From the IMG/VR virus record IMGVR_UViG_3300045988_066620, positions 1 through 36,509 of that record: 36,509 bases of DNA; one strand, 5' to 3'. The DNA comes from a virus. Positions 1 to 7,521 of this stretch are shown here, one piece after another. Under the pieces are notes generated by a model. That model saw only the letters and a program-made list of their open reading frames with translations. It was not told the origin of the DNA and did not search any database. A program made the translations under genes and the position numbers. Numbering within the stretch: the first letter of the stretch is position 1; each line of letters starts with the position of its first letter.

Positions 1-55
1 GCCATTCAGGGTGACCGCCTGAACACATCTGAATGTCGCAGCTATATGCTTCGTG
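1..55. repeat. Terminal direct repeat, copy 1 (identical to 36455..36509); most likely a circular-assembly overlap
   Basis: gccattcagggtgaccgcctgaacacatctgaatgtcgcagctatatgcttcgtg occurs at both window ends. Confidence 0.9.
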
Positions 56-118
56 ACCTTTTGCACGGAACGCTTTGCAGACCTCTTGTGATTCTTCACA
101 GGCTATTAATACCTTCAT
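1..118 (-). CDS. 5' end of the DNA (cytosine-5) methyltransferase gene; continues across the circular junction into 35895..36509
   Basis: ATG at 118..116 lies 1 nt after the TAA of the upstream gene. Translation is MKVLIACEESQEVCKAFRAKGHEAYSCDIQ, followed in frame (30 codons) by the MCSGGHPEW... ORF, whose first Met maps to position 28 = 36482. Confidence 0.75.
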   Translation of the reverse strand, partial: MKVLIACEESQEVCKAFRAKGHEAYSCDIQMCSGGHPEW

Positions 119-119
119 T

Positions 120-518
120 TTATCCCTCCTCAAACTCAGGACACTCAACCACAGTATACGAATGCAATATGCCGCCCTTTTGCACCTTGTAAATTCTGTG
201 CTGATGTGTTTTCCAACCGACAACAGGCTGTCTGTCTATCGACCAACTGCACCCTGTTATCTGTTCACCTGTCAGCTTGTCCCTCTTTGGCACTGCGTGT
301 TTGCAGTACCAACAGAGTGTTGTAGCAGCACTGCATTTTACAGTCTCTATCTTATCTTTGAATACTTCGCAGATAGGGTGCTGATAGTTGATTACTCTCG
401 GGCAAAGTCCCTGTCTCACACCATATTTACACAGCCCATATTTTTCGTTCTTCCTGCCACAGTTGTCAGGTGACTTCTCAAAATATTTGCAACTTGTGCA
501 GAATTTGTTGTTAGCCAT
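120..518 (-). CDS. Hypothetical Cys-rich protein (132 aa from MANNKF...)
   Basis: ORF track 120..563. The internal ATG at 518 has a GGAGGG RBS 9 nt upstream and sits just after the stop of the upstream gene (520..522). Contains many CxxC pairs. Confidence 0.7.
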   Translation of the reverse strand: MANNKFCTSCKYFEKSPDNCGRKNEKYGLCKYGVRQGLCPRVINYQHPICEVFKDKIETVKCSAATTLCWYCKHAVPKRDKLTGEQITGCSWSIDRQPVVGWKTHQHRIYKVQKGGILHSYTVVECPEFEEG

Positions 519-519
519 G

Positions 520-897
520 TTACTTGCCCTCCTCATACGGACCAAGCCCCGACAGCACATCAAACATATGCTTGATAAATTCTATCAGCTCTTCACGGCT
601 CTTTTTTTCAAATTCCGCATAGGGTCTGATGAATTTTTCCATTTCACGCATAACACGCACACTGTCGTTGAATGCTGCTATCACGTTTTCGTTAGGTTCG
701 CTCTGCTTTATCTGCTTGTCCAATTTCTGCGTCAATGCGCTTTTGGCTTTCGCTGCTTGCTCCGCAGGGATGTTGTTCAGCGTTGCTGTCTTGTACAGAT
801 AATACATAGCCAACCAATATATTTCATCAAAAATATTGCTGTCGTTCGGCAGTTCTTCGCCACGATATGCCAGTTTGTCTATTTCTGTTCTGTCCAT
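520..897 (-). CDS. Hypothetical protein (125 aa)
   Basis: ORF with a GAGGTG RBS, packed tightly in the minus-strand operon. Confidence 0.75.
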   Translation of the reverse strand: MDRTEIDKLAYRGEELPNDSNIFDEIYWLAMYYLYKTATLNNIPAEQAAKAKSALTQKLDKQIKQSEPNENVIAAFNDSVRVMREMEKFIRPYAEFEKKSREELIEFIKHMFDVLSGLGPYEEGK

Positions 898-909
898 TTG
901 TGCACCTCG

Positions 910-1053
910 TCAGCAAGCCCCACAAAGGCTTTTTGCATTTTTTGTTTTGCCGTTCAGAATGTCACTGCAATCGCTGTACGCAATCGCCTGCTTATCCTTT
1001 TGAAAATCACCGTATGCCTTTTTGACCCACTGTCTAAATTCCTTTTTGTCCAT
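910..1053 (-). CDS. Small hypothetical protein (47 aa, MDKKEFRQWVKKAYGDFQKD...CGAC)
   Basis: Translated by hand; below the ORF-track cutoff. A GGAGG lies 9 nt upstream of the ATG at 1053, and the ORF fills the gap between two genes. Confidence 0.55.
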   Translation of the reverse strand: MDKKEFRQWVKKAYGDFQKDKQAIAYSDCSDILNGKTKNAKSLCGAC

Positions 1054-1073
1054 TTTTTATTCCTCCCATTTTT

Positions 1074-2912
1074 TTAGAACGGCGGCAGCTCTTCGTTTTC
1101 AGCCGTGTCAACCTTTTTGAAACAACCATAGACCCTGCCCCATTCTGCATTGTTACAGCCGATACGTTTACAAATCTGACTGTAGGCAACTTTGATATTG
1201 TCCGCTACGTTACCCGTCAATCGGTTTTTTACAATGGCAATTTTACTTTGAAAATCGTCCTTGTCATCGTCGTTGTTTTTGCTATATGTTAAAACCAAAT
1301 CAACCCTATTTGTGATGTCACCCGAACCGCTGACACTATCTGCATTCAGTTCAATGCCGTCTGCGGTCTTGCGTGGGTGTGCTATCAATATGATAGCTAC
1401 GTTATATTTGACCGCTATGTATTTAACAGCATTTACAAAATCAGACTGCGCCCGATACAGCTCTTTGCTGAGGTCAACGTCCAGTGCCGTCATGAGGTTG
1501 TCAATCAGTATCAGTTTGACATTAAATCTGCGGATAGCTGTTTCAATCGTACCCAGCAATGATATCTTGCCGTCACGTTTTGCATTGTCGCCGTCAAGTT
1601 TAATTTCAGCCGTCACAGCTGTGTTGTCAAATATGTACGCCCTATCATCATACCAGTGATTGATTTTGTCGACCACATCATCAGGTATGTCATAGGTTTC
1701 ATCGCCATATTCGTTGACCGAACGTATAACATTTTGTTTTCCTGCAATTTGGAGGTCCAGCCAGCGTTTGAAATGATAGTCAGGCAGTTCGCCCGAATAG
1801 ACGAAAATCGAATACGGATTGCCGTCGGGATCTGATTGGTCTAGTGCATTTGCGATTATTTGCGACGCTAACGTTGATTTACCCTCACCACGCTTGCCCG
1901 TGATAACTACCACCTGTCCCATATAGATACCGCCGATATATCGGTCAACATCGTATATGCCAGTCCTGATATGTTCCTGCTTATCCAGGTTGACCGCCTT
2001 GACCTGCGATAACTTTTTGACAGCCGTGACAGGTATTTCTTCGGCATTGTTCACGGCATCGCATATCGCTTTGCAGCCGTATTTTTGTAAAATTGCATTT
2101 GCGTCCTTTTCGCCAAGATAATCTTGCGCCCTGACAACTTTCAGTTTCTTGTGCGGAAATGATGTTGTAAACTGGTCAACCAATGTTACATGGCCGTGTT
2201 CATGGTCTCCGAAAATTACGATTTCATCGAAGCTGTCCACAAAATCATAGCAGAACGGCACCCATGTTTTATTGCTCTGACCGCCTGGCACAGATACCGC
2301 ATTATCTATCTGACAATCTGCCACCGACAGACTATCTATCTGCCCCTCCGTGACTATCAGCCGATCATGTTTTTCCGTGCATCGGTTCATACCGAACAGT
2401 ATCGGTTTTGTGTTTTTTTCAAACCACTCTTTTTGATTGTCTCTACCCTTGACAAAATCTGTCTTGCGATACTTGACTGACGTCAGCACGTTGTTTTCAT
2501 CGAAAAACGGAAACATCAGCAAATTGTCACGTTTATCACCGACAGTAATGTTGTATTTCCGTGTGGTGATCTCCGAAATTCCCCTTGACCGCAGGTATTC
2601 AACCGCCTTGTCACGTGTGACTATCTTCACAGGCGGTAGCGTGCGGTATTTCTTTTTCTGCTCGTCGTCAAATTCCAGTGGATAGTTGAAATCCCTAGCC
2701 AGCTGCACAAAGTGACCTGTCATGCCACAACTGCTACGAAAACATTTGAACGCTCCTGTGTCAAGATTTATAGAAAATGTATCTTTGTCATGACCACCCC
2801 CGTTACAGTACGGACAGTATTTGAAATACAGTTCACGTCCCTTGCGGTGCGTTTCTGCATTCAGTGCCACAGCCAGACCGACCACATCATCATCACGCAT
2901 TGTATATCCCAT
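1074..2912 (-). CDS. Bifunctional DNA primase / DnaB-family replicative helicase (T7 gp4-like architecture)
   Basis: N-terminal zinc-binding CPYC...C..SCG segment, a Toprim-like IVTEGQIDSLS, and a Walker A VITGKRGEGKST with a RecA-fold C-terminal half. Confidence 0.8.
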   Translation of the reverse strand: MGYTMRDDDVVGLAVALNAETHRKGRELYFKYCPYCNGGGHDKDTFSINLDTGAFKCFRSSCGMTGHFVQLARDFNYPLEFDDEQKKKYRTLPPVKIVTRDKAVEYLRSRGISEITTRKYNITVGDKRDNLLMFPFFDENNVLTSVKYRKTDFVKGRDNQKEWFEKNTKPILFGMNRCTEKHDRLIVTEGQIDSLSVADCQIDNAVSVPGGQSNKTWVPFCYDFVDSFDEIVIFGDHEHGHVTLVDQFTTSFPHKKLKVVRAQDYLGEKDANAILQKYGCKAICDAVNNAEEIPVTAVKKLSQVKAVNLDKQEHIRTGIYDVDRYIGGIYMGQVVVITGKRGEGKSTLASQIIANALDQSDPDGNPYSIFVYSGELPDYHFKRWLDLQIAGKQNVIRSVNEYGDETYDIPDDVVDKINHWYDDRAYIFDNTAVTAEIKLDGDNAKRDGKISLLGTIETAIRRFNVKLILIDNLMTALDVDLSKELYRAQSDFVNAVKYIAVKYNVAIILIAHPRKTADGIELNADSVSGSGDITNRVDLVLTYSKNNDDDKDDFQSKIAIVKNRLTGNVADNIKVAYSQICKRIGCNNAEWGRVYGCFKKVDTAENEELPPF

Positions 2913-2927
2913 GTTTTTTCACCTCAC

Positions 2928-3413
2928 TCAAAAATCTGTCCTGCCTGGATTGTCCGTCCGCCTGCCGTTTGTGTGCGCTGCGGGAGCAGCATATATTTGT
3001 TTTTCTTTGTTTATCTTTGTTATCTTTGTTTCATTGTTGTCAGTTGTTTGTCGGTTGCTTGTCACTTGCTTGTCACTTGCTTGTCGGTTTGTTTGTCGCT
3101 TGTCTTGGTACATATCATAGTTTACTATCGTAAATACGCTATATTTGTTAGTTGCTTTGCTTGTCACTTCGTTTGTCGAAATTAGGTGACGAATTGCAGT
3201 TCTTACGTTGCGAACCGACAACCCTGTTTCTTTAGCTAGTGTGCCATAGCTTGCTACCCTCTGCCCCCTGTGAATAGCTTCGCCCTTGAAGCGTTTTTCC
3301 TCATAATTGGCGGTCAAAATTAAATGTTCAAAAACAATGCGCGTTGCAGGGTCTTTATACCACTCCCAGTTCACTATTTTTCTATGTAAAACTATAAATC
3401 CATTTTCCAACAT
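2928..3413 (-). CDS. Replisome organizer / replication initiator-like winged-HTH protein
   Basis: N-terminal pattern GFIVLHRKIVNWEWYKD...HRGQRVASYGTLAKETGLSVRNVRTAIRHL is typical of phage replisome-organizer / DnaD-like N-domains. It sits directly upstream of the primase-helicase, and its 3' part carries DNA-level iterons. Confidence 0.6.
   Translation of the reverse strand: MLENGFIVLHRKIVNWEWYKDPATRIVFEHLILTANYEEKRFKGEAIHRGQRVASYGTLAKETGLSVRNVRTAIRHLISTNEVTSKATNKYSVFTIVNYDMYQDKRQTNRQASDKQVTSNRQTTDNNETKITKINKEKQIYAAPAAHTNGRRTDNPGRTDF
3003..3107. repeat. About 10 tandem 9-12-nt iterons (TTGYTTGTCNN on plus = NNGACAARCAA on minus) followed by an AT-rich tract; candidate origin of replication
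   Basis: The sequence reads tctttgttta tctttgtta tctttgtttca ttgttgtcag ttgtttgtcgg ttgcttgtcac ttgcttgtcac ttgcttgtcgg tttgtttgtcgc ttgtcttgg. The ~11-nt period is not a multiple of 3, so the encoded peptide is not repetitive. Confidence 0.55.
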
Positions 3414-3938
3414 TTAATCACCGCCCAATTTCTGAAGATAATCCCTCAAGGCGTAGTATAGTATCGCCTTTATCAGCGTGCCACTCTCTTGTTTCCGACA
3501 CGCTATGATCGTGATGTTATATCGTGCCTGCCATGAACAGAACGTTGCCAGTAGTGCTTTTGGTGGCATTTTACTGCGGTAGTTGTGTAGCAGGATATTT
3601 TCCCATAATCTATCGTCCTCAACCATTAAAAACACTTTTGCATGGTCTTCAATCGACCGCTTAAATTCACGGTCAAACCGCTCTCGCCCCTTCGTGAAAT
3701 TTCCCACGATTTCGTCCAAATTTGCCTTACGCTCAATAACAACGTTCTGAGCAAGGCTTACAGGCTCGCTATTAGGTTTTACGGCTTCGCAAGTATAATC
3801 GCCATAGTTTAACTTGTGCTGTGTATATGGCGTTTCTGTGGCTTTCAGAGCCTTTTCGATATGCCCCCACTTTTGCTCTCGGCTATCAACGATAACCGAG
3901 AACGTTTTAAGTGTGGCGTCAATGTCTATCGGGTGCAT
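3414..3938 (-). CDS. ERCC4-type (XPF/Mus81/Hef-like) nuclease domain protein
   Basis: VDSRE near the N-terminus and GDY...ERK..LDE (YGDYT ... VIERKANLDEI) match the ERCC4 GDxnERKx3D signature. Confidence 0.65.
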   Translation of the reverse strand: MHPIDIDATLKTFSVIVDSREQKWGHIEKALKATETPYTQHKLNYGDYTCEAVKPNSEPVSLAQNVVIERKANLDEIVGNFTKGRERFDREFKRSIEDHAKVFLMVEDDRLWENILLHNYRSKMPPKALLATFCSWQARYNITIIACRKQESGTLIKAILYYALRDYLQKLGGD

Positions 3939-4564
3939 CAGAATGGTACTGTGTCATCGCCTGCGTTGATTTCAACGAAATCAGACAGATTAGCGTTCGG
4001 ATCAAAATTGTCATTGCTGGCTGTTGACGGCTTGTTTTTCAGCTCTTCACGTTTAGGAATGGTGAAATTGCCACTGCGGATATCGTTCGCAGACACGAAG
4101 CGTTTGCACTGTGTAAACCAGCCTGTCTTACCGTCCTTTTCCCATTCTTTTTCGTTGAAGAGAGCGCCGACGAGTTTGCCTTTCAACACGTTCTCGTCCC
4201 AGTCACGCTCGCAGTCTATATGTAGATTGGCATTTGAATTTTCAAACGCCTGTATCTGCGATTTGAAGTAGCCCAGCGACTTCTTGAACTTGGTCTCATC
4301 GCCTGTGTTATGCGGTATGCTCAAACGCATTGAACCCTTCCATTTTTTGTTTTCCCACTCGTCAGGCGTTGCCTTGTACAGCTTGTCGAAAAAGCCCTTG
4401 AATTCGCCCTCTGCGATGTCAAACTGAATTGCCAGCCTGCTGCCCCAGTCAGTGGGTTCAACCTTGACGTTGAGAATTTTTACCACATATCCACCTGGCT
4501 GGAGCTTTGGCAGCTCTGAAAAACTTGTTGCTTCCGCCTGTTTGTAACCTGTAATTCCTATCAT
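3938..4564 (-). CDS. DUF669-family phage ssDNA-binding-like protein with an SSB-type acidic C-terminal tip
   Basis: N-terminal LPKLQPGGYVVKI...FDIAEGEFKGFF pattern. The C-terminus ...DDTVPF resembles the bacterial SSB tail DDDIPF. The gene is adjacent to a RecA-fold ATPase. Confidence 0.55.
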   Translation of the reverse strand: MIGITGYKQAEATSFSELPKLQPGGYVVKILNVKVEPTDWGSRLAIQFDIAEGEFKGFFDKLYKATPDEWENKKWKGSMRLSIPHNTGDETKFKKSLGYFKSQIQAFENSNANLHIDCERDWDENVLKGKLVGALFNEKEWEKDGKTGWFTQCKRFVSANDIRSGNFTIPKREELKNKPSTASNDNFDPNANLSDFVEINAGDDTVPF

Positions 4565-5233
4565 TTACTTTTCCTCGCTTTCCGTGTTGTTTGGAGTTAA
4601 ATTCCAATATTCTCTGATTTTGGTGTCTACGAATTTCAAATCGTTTTCAATTTCATCGTCGAACATATCTTCGGGTGATTTTGCAGTTGAAATTCCCCTG
4701 GATTGTGTGATGAAATAGTGATGATTTTCGTCAGCCGTGCAGAACAGCACGATTGAAAACAGCCCTTCGACTGTCAACTGATTGTCTAGCATCTTGCCAA
4801 TAGTTTTTGCTTTGTACTTGCCCCCGTCGGTTAGTTCGACGTGGTGTAGAAAATACACGATAACGTCTGACGGCAGGTCATTTATAACAAATTCTATCAG
4901 CCGTTCAAAACTGACCGCCATATCAGTGAACTTTCCGTACCCTAGTTCTTTTGCCTTGTCGAAACTATCAAAAGCCATTAGGTACTGGCTATCATCAATG
5001 GCAAATGCCTTTGATTTCGATTGAAACATAGCCGCCTTGATAACATCATAACGGCTCTTGCCTTTGTTTGCCTTGACAAATTTTGCCACCGAAAGCGTCG
5101 CAAGACCATTGTTCTTGAACGGCAACGGCTTGCCAGCGACGTTGAAAATGCTTATCTCGCCTGGCTTGAAATTTTTGAGGGAACGGCTCTTACCACTGCC
5201 ACTTTCTCCCTCAATTAGAACAGGTAGTCCCAT
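4565..5233 (-). CDS. P-loop ATPase (AAA_24 / Sak4-like recombination ATPase candidate)
   Basis: Walker A GESGSGKS at the N-terminus and a Walker B-like hydrophobic strand + D (FAIDD). Synteny with the DUF669 gene. Confidence 0.55.
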   Translation of the reverse strand: MGLPVLIEGESGSGKSRSLKNFKPGEISIFNVAGKPLPFKNNGLATLSVAKFVKANKGKSRYDVIKAAMFQSKSKAFAIDDSQYLMAFDSFDKAKELGYGKFTDMAVSFERLIEFVINDLPSDVIVYFLHHVELTDGGKYKAKTIGKMLDNQLTVEGLFSIVLFCTADENHHYFITQSRGISTAKSPEDMFDDEIENDLKFVDTKIREYWNLTPNNTESEEK

Positions 5234-5236
5234 GTT

Positions 5237-5461
5237 TTATTCCTCCTCTTTGATTTCCAGTGGGCATTGAGCACCCACGAACGTGTCTGGTAAAAATACG
5301 ATTTCGTCGGTCAGATTGCACCGTCCTGACCGACGGCTGAAAAATCTGCAATACTTGCAGGCGGCGTATGTCACACCCTTGTTGTCAACGGGGAATGCAG
5401 TTTCAACTACCGCATAGCCCCTGACATATTTCTGAACGCCGTTGTCAAAACTAGCACTCAT
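5237..5461 (-). CDS. Hypothetical small Cys-containing protein (74 aa)
   Basis: ORF in the operon, ATGA-type overlap with its neighbour. Confidence 0.65.
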   Translation of the reverse strand: MSASFDNGVQKYVRGYAVVETAFPVDNKGVTYAACKYCRFFSRRSGRCNLTDEIVFLPDTFVGAQCPLEIKEEE

Positions 5462-5733
5462 AACAGGTTCAGGTCCTCCTCGTCATATTCAGCTCCTGCC
5501 AGCTCGGCAAGTTCATAGATTGAAATATCGTCGTCCTGATTGATTTCTTCAATCAGGATCTCACGAAAGCAGTCTTTGCAGTAGTCTTTGCCCTCATAGC
5601 AGAAAACATTTTCATTCGCAAGGTCTAACTGTTCTCTGCATTTGTCACATTCGACCACTGTGTAATTGCGGTCTCTTCCACAACATCTGCACCCGTCAGG
5701 ACAGCCGACGCAATCATTAGCTGTGTAACGCAT
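5458..5733 (-). CDS. Hypothetical Cys-rich (zinc-ribbon-like) protein with an acidic tail (91 aa)
   Basis: CVGCPDGCRCC...CDKC...CKDC motifs; gene overlaps on both sides. Confidence 0.65.
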   Translation of the reverse strand: MRYTANDCVGCPDGCRCCGRDRNYTVVECDKCREQLDLANENVFCYEGKDYCKDCFREILIEEINQDDDISIYELAELAGAEYDEEDLNLL

Positions 5734-6017
5734 TAAACCGCCCTCCTTTTATAGCAGAAAAATGCGATACCCCTATACATGAAGAAATACATTCCGTATT
5801 CACTATTAATTACCTCAGCACCGACCTCTTTTGCCACCGCCCAAATGTCAGGTGTGAAAATCTGAACGTTTGTCGTGGCATAATCAGACGGCAAAGCGTC
5901 ACTTGTCATCATAGGGTAAACGCCTTCGGTGACAGTCCCATACTCTTGCGTTTCTTTCATTTTAAGTTCCGTTAATGCCATGACGACCATATCGTCAAGC
6001 CTTTCTTTTACTGTCAT
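5733..6017 (-). CDS. Hypothetical protein (94 aa)
   Basis: ORF in the operon with a 1-nt overlap to the downstream gene. Confidence 0.65.
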   Translation of the reverse strand: MTVKERLDDMVVMALTELKMKETQEYGTVTEGVYPMMTSDALPSDYATTNVQIFTPDIWAVAKEVGAEVINSEYGMYFFMYRGIAFFCYKRRAV

Positions 6018-6133
6018 GCTTTCGACCTCTCCTTTCCAATATCGCTGGTTCTGCTAGCTGAAAGTATCTGCATGGATAAAGCCTGCTACTTTCCCAGCAG
6101 CCTTTCAGGTGCTTGCAGTCAAGGCAAGAATAG

Positions 6134-6481
6134 TTAGTCACTCTGCTCGCCTCTCAGCCTCTCGATATTTTTCTTTAAGGCTACGATATATCCCGTCAGA
6201 TACCCGTTTGGGTAGTCATTAAGGGCTATTACTGTTATTGCCTTTAGCTCCTCTTGACAAATGTCAAGAAGTGTGCTATCGTTAAGGCGTATGTTATCGG
6301 TATCTTTTGATACCTCCGAGCTTGTGCCTGTTGCCGCAGGTGCAGGCTCGTTTTTTATGCATTCAAGAACATTCTTCATAAAATCAGTAATGCAATTACC
6401 TCTATTTATAAACGGACAAGCTCCACAGTTGCCTGCTATACAGCATTCTGCTGCAAGAATTATTTCATCTCTCGTTAGCAT
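6134..6481 (-). CDS. Hypothetical Cys-rich protein (115 aa from MLTRDE...)
   Basis: ATG at 6481 with a GGAGG 7 nt upstream. Overlaps the end of the upstream gene by 7 nt. Confidence 0.7.
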   Translation of the reverse strand: MLTRDEIILAAECCIAGNCGACPFINRGNCITDFMKNVLECIKNEPAPAATGTSSEVSKDTDNIRLNDSTLLDICQEELKAITVIALNDYPNGYLTGYIVALKKNIERLRGEQSD

Positions 6482-7080
6482 TCTTCTTCCTCCCACTCAA
6501 ATCTTCCCTTGCCGCTGTTTCTCCATTGACCGATTCCTCTCAGCCTGCCGTAATCCAACCACTCACGCACGGCTGTTTCCATATCGTCTTTTAATATAAT
6601 GATTGTGAATTCAACCGTCGCTCCTGCAGGCACTGTTTCAGAGTGCGCCAGTGCAACACGTTCGCCCTGCGGTGTGCTTGCTCTGAGCGGTCTCTGACAC
6701 TCGCCCATACCGCCCTTGAATTCGTATGGTATTTTTCTTTCCTCAATGAAAACAAGTCCGTCAATCTCTTTCTTGTACGCTTTGATTTTTGAACTAGCCG
6801 TGCCTGATACCTTTTTCAGAACACCGCAAGCGTCCTTGAAAAATCCCTTGACCTGATAATCCCACAAGAATGGTGTGCCGTCTTCCAGTGTCGGGAATAT
6901 CGTCATAGATTTTTCGACCACTTCCGCTACACCAAGTGCGGCTATCTCTTCTTCACGGCTCTTTGCGTCGGGTGCTTTTGACGCTATGTATTCGTCGTGG
7001 ATTGTGGTTGTTGCGTTTGCCGTTCCCAGAATTTCTTCCGTGAATGTTAGTTTTACTTTGATTTTTTTCATGTTTTCCAT
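6475..7080 (-). CDS. Hypothetical early protein (201 aa), function unknown; has a RAMP-like C-terminal glycine-rich loop
   Basis: GGAGG RBS 9 nt upstream of the ATG at 7080. N-terminal beta-strand KIKVKLTF, then YQVKGFFKDA, and a C-terminal GIGQWRNSGKGRF followed by an acidic end. Confidence 0.8.
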   Translation of the reverse strand: MENMKKIKVKLTFTEEILGTANATTTIHDEYIASKAPDAKSREEEIAALGVAEVVEKSMTIFPTLEDGTPFLWDYQVKGFFKDACGVLKKVSGTASSKIKAYKKEIDGLVFIEERKIPYEFKGGMGECQRPLRASTPQGERVALAHSETVPAGATVEFTIIILKDDMETAVREWLDYGRLRGIGQWRNSGKGRFEWEEEEC

Positions 7081-7116
7081 TTTTTTGACCTCCGTTAAAT
7101 GTTAAAATTTTTTCCT

Positions 7117-7518
7117 TTGCGTGACAAATCTTTGCTAGGCCCTTGCGCCTCTATGCTTCGCAATGCCATAGCTACGCAATCATTTGCCAGGCCATTGCGT
7201 TTCATCGAATTGCGTTTCCACGAATTGCATTTCCTTTGCATGGCACCGCCAATCTGAGCCCTGCTATGCCTTTGCCTCTCGTTGCGTGTCAAAACTTTGC
7301 CTCACCTTTGCTTATCGAAACTCAGTTTAGCTTCGCCTTTGCCTATCAAAACGGTGCTGTGCATACCTAGCCGTTGCGAATCTATGTCAATCAATGCTGT
7401 GCCGTTGCTTATCGACGCTAGGCCGTTGCGTTGCTGTCCAAATCAACACCTTCGCACTTCGCAGCCGTTCACAGGTTCGCTTTGCCGTAGCTTATGCTAT
7501 CCAGAGCTAAGCCATTGC
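7117..7518 (+). repeat. ORF-free array: 19 same-strand TTGC cores, including 8 copies of GCCNTTGC and three tandem 15-mers (7194..7238)
   Basis: Counted by eye. GCCNTTGC starts at 7139, 7191, 7268, 7335, 7370, 7401, 7422 and 7511. Only two inverted copies (GCAAT at ~7160 and ~7176). Confidence 0.8.
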
Positions 7519-7521
7519 CAC

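Noticed and set aside
7117-7518. A CRISPR array or solitary CRISPR repeats as an explanation for the motif array
   Set aside because: The repeating unit is only ~7-15 nt, spacing is irregular (21-89 bp), there is no 24-40-nt conserved repeat alternating with unique spacers, and no cas genes are present.
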